This document shows positions 9,476 to 16,978 of a DNA stretch of 64,000 nt, piece after piece (within the stretch, counting starts at the first letter, position 1; the number at the start of each line of letters is the position of its first letter). The notes under the pieces were generated by a model. The model ran no database searches. It saw only the letters and a program-made list of their open reading frames with translations, and had not been told where the DNA came from. A program made the translations under genes and the position numbers. The stretch is from an uncultured Selenomonadales bacterium (lineage in GTDB: Bacteria > Bacillota > Clostridia > Christensenellales > QALW01). The stretch covers positions 9,266-73,265 of the forward strand of contig CAJKLB010000006.1 in NCBI GenBank assembly GCA_905200615.1. Direction: 5' to 3'.

Positions 9476-10168
9476 TTAGGCATAGCCGATATACAAATCA
9501 TAGCTCCCGTCGGAGCGTTCCTCCGCCCATATCCAGACATCGGTTATGTCACCGTCACGGCTGTAACGGTTCAATCGGCTTTGAATATCCCGTTCCAGAT
9601 ACAGGCTGTGCGAACCTGCGGTGATCGGGTTATCCCAACAGGCAGTAGCGTCAGGCGAAAGATTCAGCCCCACGCTCTCGGCATACCCCATAGCATAATC
9701 AACCCACGTCTGAATATCAAATTCCGGGACGGTGGGTTCTTCGGCAGTCTGTGGCGTGCTTTCTTCTTCCGGGGGCATTTCTTCTGTCTGCTCTGCTTGC
9801 GGCGGTGGCGTTGTCTGCGTCTCAACGGATTTTGAGGATTCGGTTTGCGCTGATCTCGTTTCTTCGGCAGGCGGCGATTGACTTTCTGTTGTTTTGCTCT
9901 CCGCCGCAGCCGATTCGGTTTCAACCGCAGGTGATTCCGTTCCTGCCGCAGCCGTGGATTCTTCGGAACTTTCTTTACTGTCCGAACAAGAAACAGTCCG
10001 ATCTTCCTCCGGCTCCCGGCTTTCCATAGCCCCGCTTGATTCCTCATCACTCATCGTCGATGATTCACTCTCGGTACGTCCCTCAGTGGTCTGTCTCTCT
10101 GTTTTTGCACAACCAGACATTGAAACAAGAAACACCGCCAAAAGGGCGATTCCGATTGCTTTTTTCAT
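9476..10168 (-). CDS. ICE lipoprotein with an E/S/T-rich linker
   Basis: Start at ATG 10168 (AAGGAGG 9 nt upstream). Lipobox LVSMSGC. Long acidic low-complexity linker, then a conserved-looking C-terminal domain. Confidence 0.7.
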   Translation of the reverse strand: MKKAIGIALLAVFLVSMSGCAKTERQTTEGRTESESSTMSDEESSGAMESREPEEDRTVSCSDSKESSEESTAAAGTESPAVETESAAAESKTTESQSPPAEETRSAQTESSKSVETQTTPPPQAEQTEEMPPEEESTPQTAEEPTVPEFDIQTWVDYAMGYAESVGLNLSPDATACWDNPITAGSHSLYLERDIQSRLNRYSRDGDITDVWIWAEERSDGSYDLYIGYA

Positions 10169-10372
10169 TCTTCCCGGCCTCCTTTGCAGCTTCATTGTAC
10201 GGATAACGCCGAATTTCTGCAAAGGTATGAGAGATTGAAAGCCTTTGAAAATACTCTTTTTTCGGGTAGTACAGGTAGTTTTGAGGGGGTGAGGTGTGGA
10301 GAGGGGGAACAGCCGAACGCCTCGCAGGCCTCGGTTTGCAAAAGGGTATAGCTATCCCTTGTTAGTAAAATT

Positions 10373-11302
10373 CTATCGTTCCATATCTCTTTGGCGCTCC
10401 CGTTTTCGGTAAAGCTCCAATGCTTTGATAATGGTATCTTCAATCTTCTGTACGGGCGTCCCCGGCGCAAAATACTTGCTGATACGTTCCTTTGGTATTT
10501 TGAATTGCTCCCGTTGGTTTGGCTTTTCCTCCTGCATAATGGATAGAATTACCTCGTCTGTCAGCTTGCCGTCTTTGCTAAACTCTTTCATTTTGATTGC
10601 CTGTGCCAAAGACGGGGTGCAGTCCTCGCATTCCATTGTTTCGAGCAGGGTTTGCTGCTGTTCTTTGGAGAGATAGGAAAGCTCAACAGCGGGACGGAAA
10701 GCGATCTTCCCGTCGTCTACCATTTGCAGGACAGGTGGGATAAGCTCAGTCAGGCGGATATATCTTTGGATTTGCCGTGCGCTGTCTGGTGCGTTTTGCG
10801 CTAACTGTTCGTCAGAACGTGACTTCGTGTCCAGTGGGCGCGAAGTTAAATCGTTACGCTGACCTTGCCTTTTGATAGCCTCCAGCTTCATTTTATAGGC
10901 AAATGCTTTTTCGGACGGTAAAATCTTTTCTCTTTGCAGGTTACTGTCCACCATTACGATAGTCGCTTCGTCATCGGTGAGACTGCGGACGATACAGGGA
11001 ATTTTCGAAACGCCTGCCAGTGAAGCCGCAAACTTTCGCCTGTGGCCTGCGACCATTTCATAGCCGCCGTCCTCTTTCGGTCGGACGAGAGCAGGAACCA
11101 AAACACCGTATTTCTTGATACTCTCGACCATTTCAGCCATATCATCGTCCTGCCTGACCTTGAACGGGTGATTTGGGAAGTCGGAGATTTCGGCGGGATT
11201 CAGCTTGATAACTTTTTCAAGCTGTGCCTCCGCACGGCTTTCATCGGTAGAGAACAGGTCATCTAACGGCGTCATTCCTAAATCTCTCGGTTTTACGCTC
11301 AA
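10373..11302 (-). CDS. parB: ParB/Spo0J-like partition or nuclease-domain protein
   Basis: ParB N-terminal box FPNHPFKVRQDD...YGVLVPALVRP...YEMVAGHRRKFA. TTG start with AAGGAGG 9 nt upstream. Overlaps the parA 3' end. Confidence 0.85.
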   Translation of the reverse strand: MSVKPRDLGMTPLDDLFSTDESRAEAQLEKVIKLNPAEISDFPNHPFKVRQDDDMAEMVESIKKYGVLVPALVRPKEDGGYEMVAGHRRKFAASLAGVSKIPCIVRSLTDDEATIVMVDSNLQREKILPSEKAFAYKMKLEAIKRQGQRNDLTSRPLDTKSRSDEQLAQNAPDSARQIQRYIRLTELIPPVLQMVDDGKIAFRPAVELSYLSKEQQQTLLETMECEDCTPSLAQAIKMKEFSKDGKLTDEVILSIMQEEKPNQREQFKIPKERISKYFAPGTPVQKIEDTIIKALELYRKRERQRDMER

Positions 11303-12083
11303 TCTCCAACACCTCCTTTGTCAGCGCACGATATGCGGCGGCGACTTTCCCGTTTTTGTCATGGGCGTAGATACTCTTGCCCCGGCCGCTTGTTTCGGCG
11401 GCTCTCACGGAAAAGGGTATTTCTGTCTGAAATACACGGATTTTCTCGCCGTAATGGGAGCGCAGCGACGCAATGATCTCCTTTGCTTCATTGGTTCGGC
11501 TGTCAACCATAGTAAAAAGAATACCGTCGATTTTCAGCTTGGGGTTGATCTGTCGCTTTACTTTGGAAATAGACTGCATAAGCAAATCAAGACCCTTTGC
11601 CGATAGGAACGACGGCTGCGACGGAATAATAACGCTGTCGGCTGCGGCCAACGAATTGATAGGCATCATTCCGAGAGAGGGCATACAGTCAATGAGGATA
11701 TAGTCGTAATGGGGCTTTACCGCATTGATATATGTCCGCAATACGCTTTCACGGCTCATAGCGTTTATGAGCCGGATTTCCATACCCGACAATTCAATGT
11801 TTGCAGGCAGCAGATCAACGCCCTCGCCGTGGTGCAGAATACCGCGACCGTCAGCAATCGGGGTGTCGTCAATTACGTCCTGCATAATATCCGCAAGCGT
11901 AACGGGCAGTTCGTCTGGTTTGGCATAACCGAGGGAAAGCGTCAAAGAAGCCTGTGCGTCTGCGTCGATCAGCAGAACCCTTTTGTTCTCCTGCGCCAGC
12001 CCGATACCGAGATTTGCGGTCGTCGTTGTCTTGCCCACGCCGCCCTTTTGGTTTGTCACCGCGATAACTTTGCAATTCGCCAT
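11259..12083 (-). CDS. parA: ParA/Soj-type partition ATPase
   Basis: Deviant Walker A VTNQKGGVGKTTTTANL. 274 aa. RBS AAAGGAGG lies inside the upstream repeat copy. Confidence 0.9.
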   Translation of the reverse strand: MANCKVIAVTNQKGGVGKTTTTANLGIGLAQENKRVLLIDADAQASLTLSLGYAKPDELPVTLADIMQDVIDDTPIADGRGILHHGEGVDLLPANIELSGMEIRLINAMSRESVLRTYINAVKPHYDYILIDCMPSLGMMPINSLAAADSVIIPSQPSFLSAKGLDLLMQSISKVKRQINPKLKIDGILFTMVDSRTNEAKEIIASLRSHYGEKIRVFQTEIPFSVRAAETSGRGKSIYAHDKNGKVAAAYRALTKEVLEIERKTERFRNDAVR

Positions 12084-12094
12084 TTGGGTTTTCC

Positions 12095-12138
12095 TCCTTT
12101 ACATAGATTTAGCCGCCTGCGGCGATGGCAGACGGCTA
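12095..12138. repeat. Copy A of a 44-bp hairpin-containing direct repeat (immediately upstream of parA)
   Basis: TCCTTTACATAGATTTAGCCGCCTGCGGCGATGGCAGACGGCTA. The inner inverted repeat is TAGCCGCCTGC-N7-GCAGACGGCTA (10 of 11 positions pair). Confidence 0.85.
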
Positions 12139-12150
12139 TGTACGGGTATG

Positions 12151-12185
12151 AAAAAGCCGCTTGTTCCATTACAGAACAAACGGTC
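12151..12185 (-). terminator. Intrinsic terminator after the 53-aa ORF
   Basis: On the minus strand: CCGTTTGTTC-TGTAATG-GAACAAGCGG (one G-U pair), followed by CTTTTT. Confidence 0.6.
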
Positions 12186-12208
12186 TTTTCGGATAGTCAT
12201 ATGTAGTT

Positions 12209-12370
12209 TTATCTTCTGACCGGAGCATTGGCAACCTTTACGATCAGCTCATCTACACAGTCGGTATATCTGTCTTGACGAAGTAAAGCATTTTTCAAGC
12301 GTACCAAACTTTCAATAACAATGCGGGTTTGCTCATAGTCAAGATAGAGGTAATATTTTTTGTTTCGCAT
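12209..12370 (-). CDS. Unlisted small ORF (53 aa) between the excisionase-like gene and parA
   Basis: Hand translation: MRNKKYYLYLDYEQTRIVIESLVRLKNALLRQDRYTDCVDELIVKVANAPVRR. TAAGGAGG lies 7 nt upstream of the ATG. It has its own promoter and terminator. Below the 60-aa cutoff of the ORF track. Confidence 0.55.
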   Translation of the reverse strand: MRNKKYYLYLDYEQTRIVIESLVRLKNALLRQDRYTDCVDELIVKVANAPVRR

Positions 12371-12392
12371 AGTATCGCCTCCTTATGCTCTT

Positions 12393-12421
12393 ATTATAGA
12401 AAGACAGGAATCGGGCTGCAA
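12393..12421 (-). promoter_or_regulatory. Sigma-A-type promoter for the small ORF
   Basis: On the minus strand: TTGCAG-N17-TATAAT, about 20 nt upstream of the RBS. Confidence 0.5.
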
Positions 12422-12450
12422 ATGTAAAAAGAGATTTTTTCAAAACGACT

Positions 12451-12494
12451 TCCTTTACATAGATTTAGCCGCCTGCGGCGATGGCAGACGGCTA
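12451..12494. repeat. Copy B of the 44-bp hairpin-containing direct repeat (just after the excisionase-like gene stop)
   Basis: Identical 44 bp to copy A by eye (TCCTTTACATAGATTTAGCCGCCTGCGGCGATGGCAGACGGCTA). Confidence 0.85.
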
Positions 12495-12498
12495 AAAT

Positions 12499-12741
12499 TC
12501 AAACCTGCACTTTCAATTCATTTTTGTATTCAGCATAGTGGGCGCTCAATACATAATCAATCACATATGGTTTAGGAATAAGGTATGTATGCCTTATGTA
12601 ATAGTGTTTAACATGGTTGCCCCTCATTAGTTTTCGGGCTGTTCCATCGCCTATACCGCCGAGCATTTCTCGAAATTCCTGCAAGGTAACAACATCGGGA
12701 TAGCTGGCAAACAGATTTTCATAGTATTCACGTTTTTTCAT
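12499..12741 (-). CDS. Excisionase-family / MerR-like helix-turn-helix DNA-binding protein
   Basis: 80 aa from ATG 12741 (GGAGG 7 nt upstream). VVTLQEFREMLGGIGDGTARKLMRGNHVKHYYI fits the small HTH_17/excisionase-like proteins found at ICE ends (recollection). Confidence 0.6.
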   Translation of the reverse strand: MKKREYYENLFASYPDVVTLQEFREMLGGIGDGTARKLMRGNHVKHYYIRHTYLIPKPYVIDYVLSAHYAEYKNELKVQV

Positions 12742-13044
12742 AGCAATACCTCCAAATGATTTTGTTGTCAATGGCAGAGAAGTATGCTATAATTTTGACA
12801 GTTTAATTGATTGGTACGGGTAGTGGATTCAATATCTAATACGCCTGCCGATTAGCCAAATGTCCCTCGGAGTGACCTCCGATGTTCAAATTTGCTCTCA
12901 AAACGAGCAGTTCCAGAAAAGCTCGACAGAACAAGGTTTTTCACATTAAGTTGCCCGAAATCCTTGATTTTTGGGCTTTTTTTGAGGGAGACAGGTTCCG
13001 ATAAAGTCCGCCAAATGGATTCGGTTTCAGAGTAAATGGTAAAA

Positions 13045-13100
13045 CTCAAAATCCGTTGGGCTAATCACCCGTGTGGGTTCGAGTCCCACCACCGGCACCA
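13045..13100 (+). tRNA. 3' fragment only of tRNA-Leu(CAA): anticodon loop to CCA; att-site remnant, not a functional gene
   Basis: T arm GTGGG-TTCGAGT-CCCAC. Acceptor 3' strand CACCGGC, then discriminator A, then CCA. Long variable arm (type II tRNA). Loop CTCAAAA gives anticodon CAA. No matching 5' acceptor strand (GCCGGTG), D arm or 5' anticodon stem upstream. Confidence 0.7.
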
Positions 13101-13108
13101 TAATAGAT

Positions 13109-13153
13109 AAACCTGTTTCAAAGATAAAACGAAACAGGTTTATTTGTTTTTTT
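13109..13153 (+). terminator. Intrinsic terminator of the tRNA gene
   Basis: AAACCTGTTTC-N11-GAAACAGGTTT, followed by TATTTGTTTTTTT. Confidence 0.8.
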
Positions 13154-13361
13154 AATTATAAACTCGGCAAATAATACAATGGAACAGTTTTTTGTGTTGA
13201 TAAATTAAGATATCATGATATATTGCTTTTGGCGATGAGGTATGACAAAGTAATAACATATAAAATTTTCTCTTGTATTATAATTGAAAGAAAAATTTTT
13301 TCAATTCACCCAATAAACCAGTAATTTCTGACACTTTATAGTCGAAAGGCAAGTGAAAATA

Positions 13362-14909
13362 ATGAATGCGGATAAAATAGGAGGGTATATTGAAAGGGTG
13401 TATGGTTATGCGGTCAATCATACCTTTTCAAGAGAAGAAGCCGACGAGCTTTCTCAGGAAATTTTATTTGCGGTGGTACGGGAGCTGCCAAAATTGAAAG
13501 ATGACGGTAAATTTGAACCGTGGCTTTGGGGCATCGCAAATAATATCACAAAAGCATTTAGACGTTACATGGGGAAACAGCGCGCCATATATTCCTATGA
13601 TACCCTTGAGAATTTATCCTGTGAAGATGAATATGGAAGCGAAAACGAAGAACTTTACGATTCGCTCAGAACTAAAATTGCTATGCTTTCAGAAATGTAT
13701 CGCAGCATCATTATTTCTTATTATTATGACGGTCTTTCAACAAAACAGATCTCTGAAAAGCTGCATATTCCGGAGGGAACAGTCACTTGGCGGCTTTCAG
13801 AGGCTCGTAAAAAACTGAAAAGGGAGTGTACAGAAATGAATGAAACAGCATTGAAACCGGTAAAACTGATGATTCGTATCAATGGTGACGGAAATTATAA
13901 AGATCCGATCAGCCCATTTCCGTATGTTTATATCAATGACGCACTGTCGCAGAATATTCTGTATTACTGCTATGAAGCGCCTAAAACAGTAGAAGAGCTT
14001 GCAAAATTGTGCGGTGTTCCTGCTTATTACATTGAAGATTGTCTGGAAAACCTTGTGAAGCGGGAAGCGATGTCGGAAGTATCAAAAGGAAAATACAGAA
14101 CAGATTTTATCATCTATTCAGAAAAAGCAAGAGAGTACGATGAAAAGGCAAAAGGTATCTTTGAGCCTGTCATTGACGGCTTTGTTTCGTCTTTAAAAAA
14201 GCTTGCCGATTCTGCTGAAAATCTCGGCATATATACTGCCGGAAAACCAAAAGAGGAACTTATTTATCTCTATGGTATTATGGCAATGGAGCATTTAAGC
14301 GAAAAGCATAATTCGGTTAAATGGGTTGAGCGTTCTGTGCGGTATGACGGCTGTCGCTGGAGTTACCATGCTCATTTGATGAATGACAATCAATACCCGA
14401 TACGAGGACTGGGACGTGAAGAATCGTCAAATCTCGGAAGCAGAGGTAATTATAAGCATATTTCGTACCACTTCGGAGATTTTTCCTACCGTGAAATGAT
14501 GTTTGATAACGAGATAAACATTTGCGAAGATATTTTGCTCGGAAGAGAAATTGAGGATACAGATTCGGCTGCGGCGGCAATCGCAAAAGGATTTATTTCC
14601 AAAAAGGATAACGGCAAATTGTTTGTTACTGTTCCGGCATTTACAAAAGAGCAGAAGCAACAGTTCGATCTGCTGACAGATCAAACTTTTGAATCCTCAA
14701 TTGACGAATACTCTGATGCTGTCCGCAAGTATGTGAATGGTTATCAAAAGCTGTTTCCGGAGCATCTGAAGGATGATGTGGTACGAGCTTGTAACTATAT
14801 GTTTTTAACGCTTTATGCTACTCATATCTGCGATATAGCAAAGGAGAGAGGACTGCTTATCTCTCCTTCTGACGGCAGTATATGTGATGTATTGATACAA
14901 CATAAATAG
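13362..14909 (+). CDS. ECF-type sigma-70 family factor fused to a ~350-aa C-terminal domain of unknown function
   Basis: Region 2 (EEADELSQEILFAVVRELPKL...FEPWLWGIANN) and region 4 (LSEMYRSIIISYYYDGLSTKQISEKLHIPEGTVTWRLSEARKKL) lie within the first ~165 aa. The remainder has a wHTH-like stretch (PKTVEELAKLCGVPAYYIEDCLENLVKREAM) and no TM segment. Confidence 0.8.
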   Translation: MNADKIGGYIERVYGYAVNHTFSREEADELSQEILFAVVRELPKLKDDGKFEPWLWGIANNITKAFRRYMGKQRAIYSYDTLENLSCEDEYGSENEELYDSLRTKIAMLSEMYRSIIISYYYDGLSTKQISEKLHIPEGTVTWRLSEARKKLKRECTEMNETALKPVKLMIRINGDGNYKDPISPFPYVYINDALSQNILYYCYEAPKTVEELAKLCGVPAYYIEDCLENLVKREAMSEVSKGKYRTDFIIYSEKAREYDEKAKGIFEPVIDGFVSSLKKLADSAENLGIYTAGKPKEELIYLYGIMAMEHLSEKHNSVKWVERSVRYDGCRWSYHAHLMNDNQYPIRGLGREESSNLGSRGNYKHISYHFGDFSYREMMFDNEINICEDILLGREIEDTDSAAAAIAKGFISKKDNGKLFVTVPAFTKEQKQQFDLLTDQTFESSIDEYSDAVRKYVNGYQKLFPEHLKDDVVRACNYMFLTLYATHICDIAKERGLLISPSDGSICDVLIQHK

Positions 14910-15679
14910 TATTTGCTCATAAAATAGGGATAGGCTCTGAGAGTTGACCAATCAAGTGAAAAATACAATGTTGTTTTAATGATAAACTATGCCAAGGCAA
15001 CAATACAAAAATGAACATTGTAAAGATGAATCTTTATGTTATACTTTTTAATGATAAAAACAAATAAGCACATAATCTTTGGAATTGGTTCAAATCTAAA
15101 TTCTTTAGCATCTTTTTTAGTCCCTGTTTCCATAAAAAAGCACTGCATGACAAAGTTGATTTTTCATGTTGTGCTTTTTTATCCTATGAATCAATCAAAT
15201 AGAAAGAGAAGATTTTATGAATTATGCAACGAAATTATTCCCGGAAAAATTAAAAAAGTTCAGGGCAAAAGCGTCGGGAGTATCATCTTAGGGTGTATCC
15301 ATATCTTTGGTCCCCTACCTTTTGAAGTACAGAAGCAAAATCTATATGTTTGCGTTTAAAAAGCAAAACCGATGATTTTGCAAAATATTTTCATCAGAAA
15401 TTGACAATAAAAAACATGCCACACTATTTTTGCCGCAAATAGAAGTTATCTGTTATTTTCCGCAATCTTGAATTCGGACATGAGAGGTTGCCTTTTTTAT
15501 ACTTTCCCCCAACTGTTTTATTCTAAACCATCAGCTGTTTTGCCTTGTATGTGACGAAAAGCAAAGAAATACCGGCGGCTTAACAATACCTCTTCCGCTA
15601 TGCTAAAAGTCTTAGAATATGATCAGATGCTTCGTTTATATTTTTAAAAATTCAATATTACAGAGCCTTTCGCCGAAAC

Positions 15680-15988
15680 TTATACAAACACAGCTTGAAT
15701 CAACACCATATAAATCGCGGTACCGGCAAAAACACTGAAAAGCGTATTGCGTTTCCATTTATGCAAAAAGACTACCGCCGCAACTGAAATCAATTCCGGA
15801 AGTCCGAAAGGATATGCTGTGATTTCCTTTAAACAATATACAACCAGCATACCGATCACCGCAAAAGGCAATACCGAACCTAAGTATTGGATAGCTGAAG
15901 GTATTTTTCTTTTCCCCCCAAAGATAAAAAACGGCAAAAAACGCGTCAAAGCGGTAAAAACAGCAATAACCAGTACGGAATTTAACAT
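15680..15988 (-). CDS. azlD: Branched-chain amino acid exporter small subunit AzlD
   Basis: 102-aa hydrophobic protein (MLNSVLVIAVFTALTRFLPFFIFG...) directly downstream of azlC. Start moved to the internal ATG. Confidence 0.8.
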   Translation of the reverse strand: MLNSVLVIAVFTALTRFLPFFIFGGKRKIPSAIQYLGSVLPFAVIGMLVVYCLKEITAYPFGLPELISVAAVVFLHKWKRNTLFSVFAGTAIYMVLIQAVFV

Positions 15989-15999
15989 ATATCCTTCTT

Positions 16000-16692
16000 T
16001 CACGGTTCCTCTCCCTTCTTTGAAAGCACTTTCCGAAACACCATTAAAAGAACGGCTATCAGTACCATTGCCGGAATAATAAAACGATCCGCGCCAAACA
16101 AAAGCAAGCACCCTGCCGATACTCCCATACCGATCAAGGCCACGGCATGATTCTTGGTACTAAGCCATTGCTCTACAAAAATGACCGTAAAAAGCGCCGT
16201 CATAGAAAAATCAATCCCGCGCATATACTGCTGAGGAATCAAACCGCCCAGTACGGAACCGATACCGCTTCCAAGTATCCAATAAAAATGATCCAGCAAA
16301 GAAATAAACAGATAGGCCCGCTTTTTATCAATTTCTTCCGGGATATCGGTGCAAAGCAGGGAATATGTTTCATCGGTTAACCCGAATATCAAAAAAGGCT
16401 TAGCCTTACCGGTATTTTCAAACCGTTTCAACATAGAAATACTGTAAAACAGATGCCTCGCGTTCACCGTAAGCGTCATCAGCGCAATAGAAAAAATTGA
16501 AGCGCCGGCGCTTATTAAATCAACCGCAACATACTGCATAGAGCCCGCATAGATAATACCGCTCATCAAAAGCGCCCAGCCCAAGCCATATCCCGCGTTT
16601 TTTAAAAGCACCCCAAATCCTATTCCCAATACTATATACCCCGCCATTACCGGAAGTGTTTTGAAAAACGCGTAAAAAAATGCTTTTTTCAT
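16000..16692 (-). CDS. azlC: AzlC family branched-chain amino acid exporter subunit
   Basis: MKKAFFYAFFKTLPVMAGYIVLGIGFG...GSMQYVAVDL...LTVNARHLFYS is a typical AzlC pattern. Confidence 0.8.
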   Translation of the reverse strand: MKKAFFYAFFKTLPVMAGYIVLGIGFGVLLKNAGYGLGWALLMSGIIYAGSMQYVAVDLISAGASIFSIALMTLTVNARHLFYSISMLKRFENTGKAKPFLIFGLTDETYSLLCTDIPEEIDKKRAYLFISLLDHFYWILGSGIGSVLGGLIPQQYMRGIDFSMTALFTVIFVEQWLSTKNHAVALIGMGVSAGCLLLFGADRFIIPAMVLIAVLLMVFRKVLSKKGEEP

Positions 16693-16978
16693 AGAAATCC
16701 TCTCAAGCAAATGAAAACAAATGTTGATTTTTACCAAAATTTATACTTTATTTTATCAAATATAATTCTTTTCCAAAACAAGTTTTTTGTGTTTTTTCGG
16801 TAAAATGCCGAAAACGCAAAATTTGTTTCTACTCAAAGAATCATTTTCGCCTGCAAATAAAATGCTAAAAAACTTTATCTTCTTTCAATACCCGTCTTTT
16901 TTATACCGTAAGCAAAAAAACAAAGCCCCGTTAACGCGAGCTTTGTTTATGGGCAAAACCCTATAAAAAACAGCCTTT

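Larger units (their letters stand above)
1..13100 (-). mobile_element. Right-hand part of an integrative conjugative element (ICE); left end outside the window, right end abuts a tRNA-Leu 3' fragment
   Basis: Uninterrupted minus-strand gene array, many neighbours overlapping by 4-45 nt: excisionase-like HTH, ParA, ParB, lipoprotein, thioester/Cna-B adhesin, VirB4-type ATPase, sortase B, PAPS-reductase-like, CHAP hydrolase, then HTH/MFS cargo. Ends at a partial tRNA, as expected for an att duplication. Visibly GC-richer than the adjacent islet. Confidence 0.7.

Noticed and set aside
9581-10238. Alternative-frame ORFs (9664..10050 minus; 9751..10029 and 9894..10238 plus) in the lipoprotein gene
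   Set aside because: They are artefacts of the low-complexity Glu/Ser/Thr-coding linker. Only the 9476..10168 frame has an RBS, a lipobox and a structured C-terminal domain.
10255-10300. G-rich tract GAGGGGGTGAGGTGTGGAGAGGGGGA in the parB-lipoprotein spacer (possible G-quadruplex)
   Set aside because: Only two runs have three or more Gs, it lies on the non-template strand of a short spacer, and there is no repeat structure. That is insufficient to propose a function.
12095-12494. Possible mini-CRISPR array
   Set aside because: There are only two repeat copies, the 'spacer' is about 312 bp and contains a promoter-ORF-terminator unit, and no cas genes are present. It is treated instead as a regulatory or partition repeat.
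12852-13049. 65-aa minus-strand ORF spanning the ICE/tRNA junction
   Set aside because: It has no RBS, its start lies inside the tRNA-derived sequence, and its composition is unremarkable. It is most likely non-coding att-flank DNA.
13012-13100. Calling a complete tRNA gene here
   Set aside because: Only the anticodon loop, variable arm, T arm and 3' acceptor are present. No GCCGGTG 5' acceptor strand, D arm or 5' anticodon stem (ACGGA) can be found in the preceding 90 nt.
15036-15359. 107-aa plus-strand ORF in the AT-rich islet
   Set aside because: It has no RBS and AT-driven composition (Ile/Lys/Phe/Asn-rich), and it runs straight through a terminator-like hairpin at about 15134..15180.
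16738-16978. T-box or other leader RNA for argS or azlC
   Set aside because: argS starts 4 nt after the antiporter gene, so it has no leader. This spacer lies downstream of argS and holds its terminator (CAAAGC..GCTTTG plus a T-run). I found no specifier-loop or T-box sequence.
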